Origin: Macrostomum lignano
Taxonomy: Eukaryota
Direction: 5' to 3'
DNA: 64,000 nt
NCBI GenBank assembly: GCA_002269645.1
Contig: NIVC01002092.1
Span: 62,001-126,000, forward strand
Below, piece by piece: positions 50,796-64,000 of this stretch (its first letter is position 1; each line of letters begins with the position of its first letter). The notes beneath the pieces are model-generated. The model searched no databases and had not been told where the DNA came from. It saw only the letters and a list, made by a program, of their open reading frames with translations. The translations under genes were made by a program, and so were the position numbers.

Positions 50796-51043
50796 CGGAC
50801 AGATCCGTAGGTCCAGTTCTTGACGCCGAAGGTTTCACGGAAATTAGCGGCACACGTGCTTCGAATGCAAAATTCGACCCTCGGACAAATGGACTCCGAA
50901 TCCCATAGAAGTTGCAGCTGAGCTGAGTTTCGTCTGCTGTCTGTGCGTCCCCGACCGGACGGCAGGAAGCTGGCTGGGCAGCTGCATCTTTGTTACTAGA
51001 GTAGAGGGAAGCCTTCTTCGTTTGAGCACAGCAGCTCGTGCCG
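50796..51043 (-). CDS. Possible N-terminal-region exon of the neuregulin-like gene
   Basis: TTCAG acceptor and G|GTAATG donor bracket an 82-codon open frame (GTSCCAQ...TDLS), phase 2-1. The joins are not verified. Confidence 0.35.
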
Positions 51044-51240
51044 CTGAAGTAACCGGATTAACGGACTTAGACTAGCCTTTGTAGTTCTGTCCCGTTGATC
51101 CAATTAATCTGCGTCAATAAATTCCATGGATTTAAGATGTGAAGCCGCAGCTCGAGGAGTCAGGGGGCCGAGCACATTCTCAAGGCAATGAGTTCCCTCG
51201 GTAGGGATGCCTCCCTCGGGAGCCACTTGCATCGTCCACA

Positions 51241-51607
51241 TCGCACCTTGTTTATCAGACACCCACCTCACTCCTCTTTATCGCACCTTGTTTATCAGAC
51301 ACCCACCTCACTCCTCTTTATCGCACCTTGTTCATCAGATACCCACCTCACTCCTCTTTATCGCACCTTGTTTATCAGATACCCACCTCACTCCTCTTTA
51401 TCGCACCTTGTTCATCAGACACCCACCCCACCCTCTTTATCACACCTTGTTTATCAGACACCCACCTCACTCCTCTTTATCGCACCTTGTTTATCAGACA
51501 CCCACCTCACTCCTCTTTATCGCACCTTGTTCATCAGACACCCCACCTCACTCCTCTTTATCGCACCTTGTTTATCAGATACCCCACCTCACTCCTTTTA
51601 TCGCACC
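51241..51607. repeat. 40-bp minisatellite, 9 units, starting exactly at a splice donor
   Basis: TCGCACCTTGTTTATCAGACACCCACCTCACTCCTCTTTA. Confidence 0.95.
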
Positions 51608-51835
51608 TGGACTCCCAGGTAATTGAAGTCGCTCGAGAAAACCCCCAGTTTGGGGAATCGAGCGTGGGAAAGGAGGGCCACGCGAGGAGCCGATTCCAGC
51701 AAATATTCGGTAAAGTTTCTACACTGCAAAACATAATCAATCGATTGAGATCTGCTCCGCCCGTGCTCCCACCAGTCTGTTCCCTCTTCATCAAACTGCA
51801 CCTTCATCCAGCATTGCCTCAGAGTCCAGCGTGCA
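51607..51835 (-). CDS. Probable N-terminal-region exon of the neuregulin-like gene
   Basis: Pyrimidine-rich CACAG acceptor; ARWTLRQCWMKVQF...FSSDFNYLGVQ; CAG|GTGCGA donor. The phase link to the signal exon is unresolved. Confidence 0.5.
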
Positions 51836-51984
51836 CTGTGCCAGGTGGGGAAGAGAAGCACGGAATTCGAACCCGCAATTTGACAAGATGAGAGCCAGAC
51901 GGGCTACACAGCCTCTCGGCCTCATCATCTCTTCTCTCTTAAACGCTCCAACGCGCTGAGACATCATAGTCAGTTGGACAAGCA

Positions 51985-53008
<1,024 letters not shown>

Positions 53009-53509
53009 GAGCAGGCCCCAGAGAGACGGGAAGAGAGATGGAGAGTAAAAATGAAGCGAGAAGCATTGCAAATGTTAAAAGCAGAGCAAAGAACACAGTG
53101 GAAAGAGTTGCGGCCTCTCTCTTTAATTGAACTGGGAGTGGACACTCAACAGGGAAACAGGCCTCAGCCAAAGGGTGCAGCAAAGGAGGCGCAAACTGAC
53201 TGAACTGCGCACCCGCCCTTAAGAATAGGAGACAGAGTTGCATAATTCATCAGCGTATTCTGGACTGGATCGGATTTTCAATTTTTCGCATTCAATTCGG
53301 CAAGCGGTTTCAATCTCCGGGGAATCGAGGAATCCCAGGTACTTTCAGGAAGCTCTGACTTTCCTTAATAACAGGATGCTAACTTTAATTAAAACAAAAT
53401 ATTGAAGACCTTGAAAACTAGAATAAAGCAACTCAGATCCAATTACATTTCCAGTCTCACTACCTATATATCTAGTCTCCCTGCCCTCCGATCTCCGATC
53501 TAGTCTCAC

Positions 53510-53960
53510 TGACTCGGATCTAGTCTCACTGATCTCTGATCTATTATCGCTAATCTCTGATCTAGTATCGCTAATCTCTGATCTAGTATCGCTAAACTCT
53601 GATCTAGTCTCACTGATCTCTGATCTAGTGTCACTAGTCTCTGATCTAATCTCACTGATCTCTGATCTAGTATCGCTAATCTCTGATCTAGTATCGCTAA
53701 TCTCTGATCTAGTATCGCTAATCTTTGATTTAGTATCGCTAATCTCTGATCTAGTATTGCTAATCTCTGATCTAGTATCGCTAATCTTTGATTTAGTATT
53801 GCTAATCTCTGATCTAGTATCGCTAATCTCTGATTTAGTATTGTTAATCTCTGATCTAGTATCGCTAATCTCTGATTTAGTATCGCTAATCTCTGATCTA
53901 GTATCGCTAATCTCTGATCTAGTCTCACTGATCTCTGATCTAGTCGCACTAATATTTGAT
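53510..53960. repeat. 21-bp minisatellite (GATCTAGTATCGCTAATCTCT / GATCTAGTCTCACTGATCTCT)
   Basis: Direct reading; source of the SEISDTR/LDQRLAI ORFs. Confidence 0.95.
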
Positions 53961-54012
53961 ATACGAGCTAGTCCCACTAGTCTAGTCTCACTACCAATAG
54001 ATTTAGTCTCAC

Positions 54013-54196
54013 CAGTAATATAATCCACCTCAACCGCAATGAGGTACCGAGCTCGAACCCCGGGACTGGCGGTCGTAGCCAAAGCAGATCTCGAAGTTTC
54101 ACCCTGCGACTCTTGAGCCGCGACGCTGAAGCCGGCAAGTAATAGTGTTACCATGGCAACGAGCGCCGACAGGCGGTGTTTGGTAATTCGCCGCAT
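54013..54196 (-). CDS. Probable first coding exon (signal peptide) of the neuregulin-like gene
   Basis: MRRITKHRLSALVAMVTLLLAGFSVAA|QESQ...: basic-hydrophobic-AxA signal pattern; G|GTGAGA donor. Linkage to the Ig exons is inference. Confidence 0.65.
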
Positions 54197-54733
54197 ACCC
54201 GAATCAATGCTTCACAGCGAAGTGAGTGCTGGGTGTTTGTTGCAGCTAAGCAGCACTTCAGCTGTCAAAGGCCACCAGCATAATCGCCTCCTGTCCCCTA
54301 CTGTCTTTTAGCGCTGACAACAGCCAGCCGCTTGCAGTTGCTTTTAGAAGCATTTTTCAACGCAGCAGAGCCAATGTGGTTGCTCACCCAAGCAATTCAA
54401 TTCATTCGATCCTTGCTCAACCCCTACGCCTTCTGAGCAGCTTGAAGAACACTGACCAACCTCAGTCCGATTGGCTGAGGGCTTACAATCGCTAAGGGCT
54501 TGAGAAGTTACCGGCTTTACTCAAGCAGTCTTCTCTAATCAGATGCTGCAAGCCCTTCAAGTGCCATTTAACCTGCCGGGTCTACTCACTGCTCCAGGCT
54601 GTCTTCTTTAACTTGACGTAGTTTAATCATTTTGATGGTTGGGGTGATTTTTTCAGCTAATTTGAGCATATTTTACACTAATGAATGAATGCTGCCTCTG
54701 ATATTGACTTCAGTATCCATTTTTTCTGACCTG

Positions 54734-57470
54734 CACTCACTGTGACCTACACTCACTGTGACCTACACTCACTGTGACCTACACTCACTGTGACCTACAC
54801 TCACTGTGACCTACACTCACTGTAACCTACACTCACTGTGACCTACTATCACTGTGACCTACTATCACTGTGACCTACACTCACTGTGACCTACTATCAC
54901 TGTGACTTACACTAACTGTGACCTACACTCACTGTGACCTACACTAACTGTAACCTACACTAACTGTGACTTACACTCACTGTGACCTACACTAACTGTG
55001 ACCTACACTCACTGTGACCTACTATCACTGTGACTTACACTAACTGTGACCTACACTAACTGTGACCTACACTCACTGTGACTTACACTCACTGTGATCT
55101 ACACTCACTGTGACCTACTATCACTGACCTACTATCACTGTGACCTACTATCACTGTGACCTACTATCACTGACCTACTATCACTGTGACCTACACTCAC
55201 TGTGACCTACTATCACTGTGACCTACACTCACTGACCTACTATCACTGTGACCTACACTCACTGTGACCTACACTCACTGTGACCTACTATCACTGTGAC
55301 CTACTATCACTGACCTACTATCACTGTGACCTACTATCACTGTGACCTACTATCACTGACCTACTATCACTGTGACCTACTATCACTGACCTACTATCAC
55401 TGTGACCTACACTCACTGTGACCTACACTCACTGTGACCTACTATCACTGACCTACTATCACTGTGACCTACTATCACTGTGACCTACTAACACTGTGAC
55501 CTACTATCACTGTGACCTACACTCACTTTGACCTACTATCACTATGACCTACTATCACTGTGACCTACTATCACTGTGACCTACACTCACTGTGACCTAC
55601 TATCACTGTGACCTACACTCACTTTGACCTACTATCACTATGACCTACTATCACTATGACCTACACTCACTGTGACCTACTATCACTGTGACCTACTATC
55701 ACTGACCTACTATCACTGTGACCTACTATCACTGTGACCTACTATCACTGACCTACTATCACTGTGACCTACTATCACTGTGACCTACTATCACTGACCT
55801 ACTATCACTGTGACCTACACTCACTGTGACCTACTATCACTGTGACCTACTATCACTGACCTACTATCACTGTGACCTACACTCACTGTGACCTACACTC
55901 ACTGTGACCTACTATCACTGTGACCTACTATCACTGACCTACTATCACTGTGACCTACTATCACTGTGACCTACTATCACTGACCTACTATCACTGTGAC
56001 CTACTATCACTGACCTACTATCACTGTGACCTACACTCACTGTGACCTACACTCACTGTGACCTACTATCACTGACCTACTATCACTGTGACCTACTATC
56101 ACTGTGACCTACTAACACTGTGACCTACTATCACTGTGACCTACACTCACTTTGACCTACTATCACTATGACCTACTATCACTGTGACCTACTATCACTG
56201 TGACCTACACTCACTGTGACCTACTATCACTGTGACCTACACTCACTTTGACCTACTATCACTATGACCTACTATCACTATGACCTACACTCACTGTGAC
56301 CTACTATCACTGTGACCTACTATCACTGACCTACTATCACTGTGACCTACTATCACTGTGACCTACTATCACTGACCTACTATCACTGTGACCTACTATC
56401 ACTGACCTACTATCACTGTGACCTACACTCACTGTGACCTACACTCACTGTGACCTACTATCACTGACCTACTATCACTGTGACCTACTATCACTGTGAC
56501 CTACTAACACTGTGACCTACTATCACTGTGACCTACACTCACTTTGACCTACTATCACTATGACCTACTATCACTGTGACCTACTATCACTGTGACCTAC
56601 ACTCACTGTGACCTACTATCACTGTGACCTACTATCACTGTGACCTACACTCACTTTGACCTACTATCACTATGACCTACTATCACTGTGACCTACTATC
56701 ACTGTGACCTACACTCACTGTGACCTACTATCACTGTGACCTACACTCACTTTGACCTACTATCACTATGACCTACTATCACTATGACCTACACTCACTG
56801 TGACCTACACTCACTGTGACCTACTATCACTGACCTACTATCACTGTGACCTACTATCACTGACCTACACTCACTGTGACCTACACTCACTGTGACCTAC
56901 ACTCACTGTGACCTACTATCACTGTGACCTACTATCACTGACCTACTATCACTGTGACCTACACTCACTGTGACCTACACTCACTGTGACCTACTATCAC
57001 TGTGACCTACTATCACTGACCTACTATCACTGTGACCTACTATCACTGTGACCTACACTCACTGTGACCTACTATCACTGTGACCTACTATCACTGACCT
57101 ACTATCACTGTGACCTACTATCACTGTGACCTACTATCACTGACCTACTATCACTGTGACCTACTATCACTGACCTACTATCACTGTGACCTACACTCAC
57201 TGTGACCTACACTCACTGTGACCTACTATCACTGACCTACTATCACTGTGACCTACTATCACTGTGACCTACTAACACTGTGACCTACTATCACTGTGAC
57301 CTACACTCACTTTGACCTACTATCACTATGACCTACTATCACTGTGACCTACTATCACTGTGACCTACACTCACTGTGACCTACTATCACTGTGACCTAC
57401 ACTCACTTTGACCTACTATCACTGTGACCTACACTCACTTTGACCTACATTCACTGTGACTTACACTCAC
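54734..57470. repeat. 2.7-kb 16/14-bp minisatellite (CACTGTGACCTACACT / CACTGTGACCTACTAT / CACTGACCTACTAT)
   Basis: Direct reading. Confidence 0.98.
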
Positions 57471-58112
57471 CATTACCAATATCATATTCGTTCACTGGTT
57501 TGTGTGACTAGCAATATCTCATTGAGTGTTCTAAGTCCATTATGTCTATTATTAATCTCTTAACTTAATTCAGTCAATAGTTTGCTGAACAACCTACTGT
57601 AAGTAATACATAGTCCACCGTATCTGTCAAATCCTTGACCTGTATTGAATACAGCAGGCCTACCTTATCAAAGGGATCACTTCAAAGGGAGCCAAATTTT
57701 CCTCCTTGCTTTCTTCCCAAGATTCGAACCGTGCGGGACATAGCAACATGTGTTGGGAGGAATTACTCTTTGCACCTCTCGACTTCGCTGTCCAGCACGC
57801 CAGGGCCCCAGCGGTATAAATCAGAGGGTTAGGGGCTTCAGGCTGGGGATCTATCACCCGCTGGGGAGAGTCCCAGAGATATTAGAGATTTACAATCCCG
57901 GCATAATCGGGAAGATAAGGTCAGACTGTGTCCGTGCGGAGTGCCGCTCGAGTGCAGTCGCAATTGGCTCTTAGAATGCGCACCAAGCATGCTGGAGCTT
58001 TGTCGAGCGCACTGCCTCCGACGCATCTTGGCAAAAATCAAGCCTGATCTTAATTATCAGGGTAATAGTAGATTTGTCAATTAATCTTCGCCATTATTAT
58101 TACGAACATATT

Positions 58113-58425
58113 ATCATCATCAGTATCACGATCACCACCATTTCCATCTCTATCATAATCATAATCATCATCATCATCATCATCATCACCGTCATCATCA
58201 TCATCATCATCACCGTCATCATCATCATCATCATTATCATCATCATCATCATCATCATCACCGTCATCATCATCATCATCACCGTCATCATCATCATCAT
58301 CATCACCGTCATCATTATCATCATCATCATCATCATCATCACCGTCATCATCATCATCATCATCATCATCACCGTCATCATCATCATCATCATCACCGTC
58401 ATCATCATCATCATCATCATCACCG

Positions 58426-58461
<36 letters not shown>

Positions 58462-58484
58462 CCGTCATCATCATCATCATCATT

Positions 58485-58520
<36 letters not shown>

Positions 58521-58546
58521 TCCATCATCATCATCATCATCATCAT

Positions 58547-58577
<31 letters not shown>

Positions 58578-58598
58578 GTCATCTCCATCATCATCATT

Positions 58599-58635
<37 letters not shown>

Positions 58636-58638
58636 CCG

Positions 58639-58676
<38 letters not shown>

Positions 58677-58697
58677 GTCATCTCCATCATCATCATT

Positions 58698-58734
<37 letters not shown>

Positions 58735-58737
58735 CCG

Positions 58738-58809
<72 letters not shown>

Positions 58810-58860
58810 CCGTCATCATCATCATCATCACCGTCGTCATCATCAGCAGCATTATTATCA
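58113..58860. repeat. (ATC)n trinucleotide tract with ACCGTC/TCC interruptions
   Basis: Direct reading; source of the poly-I/D/M ORFs. Confidence 0.98.
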
Positions 58861-59154
58861 TTCGATTTTGACAATTTTGGCAGGAAATTCTGATAAATAA
58901 TTTATTCTGTAGTCTGAATTTCTTTGCGAGTAGAAATGAGTTGGAAGAAGAATCCATGCAAAAGTAGATTTTCCCGATTTTGTAGCTTTTACAAAGAACT
59001 AACTAATACCTCAACGAGAGACTCTTGCCTCGAGGGATCAGGTTTTAATGGGGCTGACACTAAAGCAAGGACTACTACTAGACTGGATATAACGAAGTGT
59101 TCCTAGTGGTCCTTGCACTAAAGGTCACTCCTGGTTTTGACCCACTTGCTGATC

Positions 59155-59365
59155 GCAAATTAACTCAATTTTGCAGTAAGGCGCACGGGTCTAGGGCCGC
59201 AGACCCCGGGTTCGAACCCCTGCGTGGCCACATCAATTTTTTACAAAATCTTTGCAGTCTGGAGCTTGTTACGCAGCTCACGCCCTTGAGGGCCAACCCG
59301 CAAGGAGCAGAGATGTACATGCCGGACAGTTAGAAAGTCAGGACCGCTGTACACCCTGTGTGAGC
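59155..59365 (+). mobile_element. tRNA-headed SINE variant, tail-to-tail with the 59395-59764 copy
   Basis: B-box CCCCGGGTTCGAACCCC followed by the shared core GGCCAACCCGCAAGGAGCAGAGATGTACATGCC...GCTGTACACCCTGTGTGAGC. Confidence 0.65.
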
Positions 59366-59394
59366 GTTCCTACGCCTTGAAAACGGCAGACAGG

Positions 59395-59764
59395 CTGCTA
59401 TTAGCGGCAGGGGCTGTGTGCACCCTTGCGCACTTTAGGCGACATAGGCACACAACCGGCGAGAGGCATTGCTGCCCATTCCGCCGACTCCCCTGAGCAG
59501 GCACACAAGCGCGCGGATACGTACGCAGTCATACGCACAGGCACACACTCACACAGGAGTGTACAGCGGCCCTAACTTTATTTATCGTTAGGCATGTACA
59601 CTTCACTGCGCCTTGGGGGTTGGCCTTTAAGGCCGTTAATTGCACGATCAGAGCCAAGCCGAGATTCCAGTTGAGCCCCAAATTAATGCGACTGTACTGG
59701 GAATCGAGCCTGGGCCGCTGGCCCAGCAGAGCGCCGCGCCAGACCACTGGTCTACGGTCCCCCT
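59395..59764 (-). mobile_element. tRNA-derived SINE (same family as 36052-36421)
   Basis: Head GGGGACCGTAGACCAGTGG...GGCTCGATTCCC; long near-identical stretches with the 36-kb copy. Confidence 0.82.
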
Positions 59765-60225
59765 GGTGACATGGGCTTAGGTAAGCTGCCAGTGCCAATA
59801 TCCTGACCCTCTCCAGGGGTTTACTCAAGTAGTTACTCAAGCGCAAAACGCGATTGTCTTCTGTTGAATCCCAGACCATGTGCTCAGGCATCGGAGCAGT
59901 GTGAGAATCCCATCACGAAGGTGAAGAGACTTGGGACCTTGGATTTGCTGATGCCCACATGGAAACTCTTCATCACTTGTCCGTTCGAGAGCCTGGCTGA
60001 CTGCCGGGACCAGGCTAAGGGATTTCCAATATGTTACTGATTTGTAGTTACAAGTGGCCACTGATATTCAACTACAGACTTAACGCAGTGAGTTAACGTG
60101 AGTCTGTCTGAGGTGTGACAGATTTCTAAGATGCTGTGCAACAAGTTACAGATAATTTCTGAGTGAGTCTGAGGTGAGCACTGAACAGTGACCAATTCTG
60201 ATAAAGTTTTTGTCATCAATGACCA

Positions 60226-60792
60226 GTTTCTAAGAAATACTGTGAAATCAGGGACTTCTTTCTTAGAAAATCCGTTCGATCAGTGCCCTATTTCAAGGAA
60301 AGCCCGTGTATTCAGTGCTTTATTTCTAAGAAAGCCTATGTAATAATCAGTGCCCTATTTCTGAGACATTCTGTATAGTAATCAGTGATCTAATGCTAAG
60401 AAAGCCTGTGTAATCAGTGGCCTGTTTCTAAGAAAGCCTGTGTAATCAGTGGCCTGTTTCTAAGAAATCCTGTGTAATCAGTGGCCTGTTTCTAAAAAAG
60501 CCTGTGTAATCAGTGACCTGTTTCTAAGAAAGCCTGTGTAATCAGTGGCCTGTTTCTAAGAAAGCCTGTGTAATCATTGATATGTTTCTAAGAAATCCTG
60601 TGTAATCAGTGGCCTGTTTCTAAGAAAGCCTGTGTAATCAGTGGCCTGTTTCTAAGAAAGCCTGTGTAATCAGTGGCCTGTTTCTAAGAAAGCCTGTGTA
60701 ATCAGTGATATGTTTCTAAGAAATCCTGTGTAATCAGTGATATGTTTCTAAGAAAGCCTTGTAATTAGTGGCCTGTTTCTGAGAAAGCCTGT
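60226..60792. repeat. 32-bp minisatellite with TTTCTAAGAAA core
   Basis: TAATCAGTGGCCTGTTTCTAAGAAAGCCTGTG, period 32; regular from ~60400. Confidence 0.92.
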
Positions 60793-62029
60793 TTTTATGA
60801 AAACAACCTCCATAATTGACCAGGAGCAGAATCCAAAAGCAGATTTGCCACCAAAATTTCCAAATGGCTTTTAACTTTCTCTCTCATAGATTGCATCAAA
60901 CTGAGGAAGCTGGAGATTAAGTGATGAAGCAGAGACACACACAGATAGCGGATAAAGGAAATCCATTCGCAGCTGTTAACGTTTTCCCACCAGGGGTTTT
61001 CTTAGAAGTAAATGCCAGGAAATGCAGTTGGCAGTTCGATGTAAGCCGTTAAACCGATGCCCCTGGCTGGTGCATGCGCATAGCAGAAACAGAGAGTCTT
61101 CAGGCGGGCATTTGCTCACCGGTAAACAGAGACACGTCGGAAATCTTCAGCTCAACCATGGGTTGAGTTGGCGACTTGCGCCGATTCGAACCAGCGACCA
61201 CCATGACTGATCGAGACGGTAAACTCTCACTAGTTAGTCAATAGGAGACAGTCTGGTAGGGTGAAATGGCTGCTAAAGAATTTCCAAGCCTCACTTTATA
61301 GCAGTCCTGCCTCAGAGCATGCAGACACAGCCCAGCGCTTTGAGGACTGGCCAATGAACGAGCACCTTGGCAGGCGGAGCATAAAAATTTGAGTGACTTT
61401 GGTCCTGCGCCGGGACTTCTGTAGCGGAACAACTGGACTGCCAGTAGTAAGGTTTCTAGATTGAAAAGCTGCTAAAACACACAGCATTGCAATCTGGGTT
61501 TTGTTTGGCTATCTTCTTCCCTGGAGCAGCGAATGTTTATCCCAGTTTGCAATCAGTTATCGCTTTTAATAGCCGAGAGTAGAATAAACCCGGGATATTC
61601 CATTCCCGCCTGAGCGACAGGTTAGCTTTGATAGAGAGATTGACGGGTAGGGTAGTTCTCTTAGCGGAGCGGGTTGGTTACAAAGCGGGATTTTTCTAGT
61701 GTAGTAACACTACTGGCACAGGAAGGCAGTGAGTGCTATCTTCAAGTGCAAGCAATGCCCCACAGTAGTCAAAATAATGACCCCCCCCCTGAGTGGATAG
61801 CGAATAGCCGCCGTGAAAGTGGCTTCTTTCGATTTCCAATGCAGCAGAGAGTGCATCATGAGCAGATCTCTCTCTCTCTCTCTCTCTCCCCCTCTCTCTC
61901 TATTCGGTGTGTTCACTATAAATTGCTTTGGGGCAAGATGATCATTTATTTTACTACTGCTAAGCAAGAAAGCTAGAGAAAGAGAGAGAGAGAGAGAGAG
62001 TGCAGAGATGGCAACTCTACCCATTCCAC

Positions 62030-62122
62030 TGACTCCTGAGCACAGGGGGTGTACAGCTGTGGCCCTGACTTTCTAATCGTCAGGCATGTACACTCGCTGT
62101 GTCTTGGGGGTTGGGGGTTAAC
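62030..62122 (-). mobile_element. SINE central-domain fragment
   Basis: GTGTACAGCTGTGGCCCTGACTTTCTAATCGTCAGGCATGTACAC aligns to the SINE core. Confidence 0.6.
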
Positions 62123-63466
62123 GACGATATGTATCGAAAATTACTTTGATTTCGCTGACACAGCGAATCAGAATTCAAATCGGTGCCACCGCCGAAGTTA
62201 GAGTGGAACCCGCTCTCCTTCCCCAGATCGTTAAAATGACACCGCCAATCAGTGCTGAGACCTTTCGAAGTGGCCAGATTTTATTCATTATGACGGCCAG
62301 ACTCAGTGGTTTGCAGTGGCCGGCCAAGTCCTGTGATTGCATTACCCCATCGGCCTAAACTGTCACACTAAACGCCCCCCGGGCCCGGCGTCAAGCGTCA
62401 ACAAGGCGAGCGCGGGCACGGGTCGAACCGACTCTCCCAGGGATCAATACGATTTTGCCAGGACGGGGAACTGGTGTTGGGGCCTGAGCTCTATGGCCAA
62501 AGACGCCGCAGAGGATGAGTAGGAGAATGCAGCGGATCAGGGGACGGGTGGGGTAAGGGAGAGGATGTAGGGATTCCCGAGACCAAGGAGACCTTGAACT
62601 GAGATTCTGGAGTGTGTCAATTCCCCCCCCCCGAAATTCTCGTATACAGCCAATCTGCTCATTCTACCGTCAGCTTCAAGCATGAAAAACTTTACAGTAT
62701 TCATTTTATGTCGAATGTGTGTTGCATGTGAAATATATAATTTCTGTTGAATTGAAGTAAAACTAGCCTTATAGAGTTGTCAATCCAGATTTTGGTTCTT
62801 GGTGTCCCTGCCGTCAGCCGGGCTCGGGCAAGATTATTAACCTGTCAGGACGCGTTAAGCTGCATCGCTTCGCATCGGAGGAGCCCGGCAGGGACCGGGT
62901 GCCGCCCGCCGCCTTGGGGATATTGGGAGAGAGCAGAGACGGAGGCGGCGACATCGAGCTGGTTTCCCGGACTGCCGGGTCAGAGAGTGATAGTGGATGC
63001 GACGGATTCAGGATGATATACAGGAGCGCCTCCTGCTGGTCCGCTCCAGCCCCGATTTTATGGCCCAGCCAGGAATTAATTACCTCTGGGCTGCGGGGGA
63101 CTCCGCTACAGACTGCTGCCTGGGCGAGGCGCTAGCAGACTGCCCCCCCCCGAGTTTGAGTAGAAGCTCGTGGAAGCTCATGATTTAACCGGCAGGAGGC
63201 AGCAATCGGAGCATGAAGCAAATGTTGAAAGGCAAAACACTTCTGCATTTGCTTCCTGACCGTTCCCAGGGGCTGCTCTTTGAGTAGGCTGAGGTCTCGA
63301 GGGACAACCGGCTTCGAACGAGTGAGAATGAAGACGGGGGACTTGCGGCAGCGAAGATTGTCTGTGAGACGGCTTAGGAAGCTGGAAGGGGGTGCTTGAG
63401 CTTAACTGCTGTGAGATAATGCGCCAGAGGTGAGAGGTTAAATGAAAAGGTTAGCAAAGACGGACT

Positions 63467-64000
<534 letters not shown>

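Noticed and set aside
59840-63350. GC-richer stretches at ~59840-60030 and ~62350-63350 as exons or retroelement ORFs
   Set aside because: No recognisable motif or consistent splice/phase chain could be established by eye.

Overview
Eukaryotic (animal) genomic DNA, extremely rich in micro/minisatellites. GC-rich exons with poly-Q/A/G runs and long GATA/GACA/ATC tracts suggest an invertebrate such as a Macrostomum-type flatworm; this is inference only. Two spliced genes could be reconstructed by hand on the minus strand. The first is a complete 3-exon fatty-acid-hydroxylase-domain gene (FAXDC2-like, 28881-26458, 332 aa). The second is a neuregulin/vein-type EGFR ligand (probable signal exon 54196-54013, then Ig, EGF split between C4/C5, TM and a long low-complexity tail ending at 35011). 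The window also begins in the 3' part of a multipass membrane protein CDS. Mobile DNA: two near-identical inverted copies of a 2.04-kb non-autonomous P-superfamily element (32-bp TIR, 8-bp TSD, decayed THAP domain), each nested inside a different MITE; a CCC-ended EnSpm/CMC-like element; tRNA-headed SINEs (one CORE-type, split by a LINE 3' fragment). An ~11-kb block of 128/129-bp satellite carries a 2909-bp higher-order duplication that produced chimeric exons. Most larger introns host their own minisatellite, and several of these look like amplifications of the adjacent splice donor. Most long ORFs in the ORF track are repeat artefacts.
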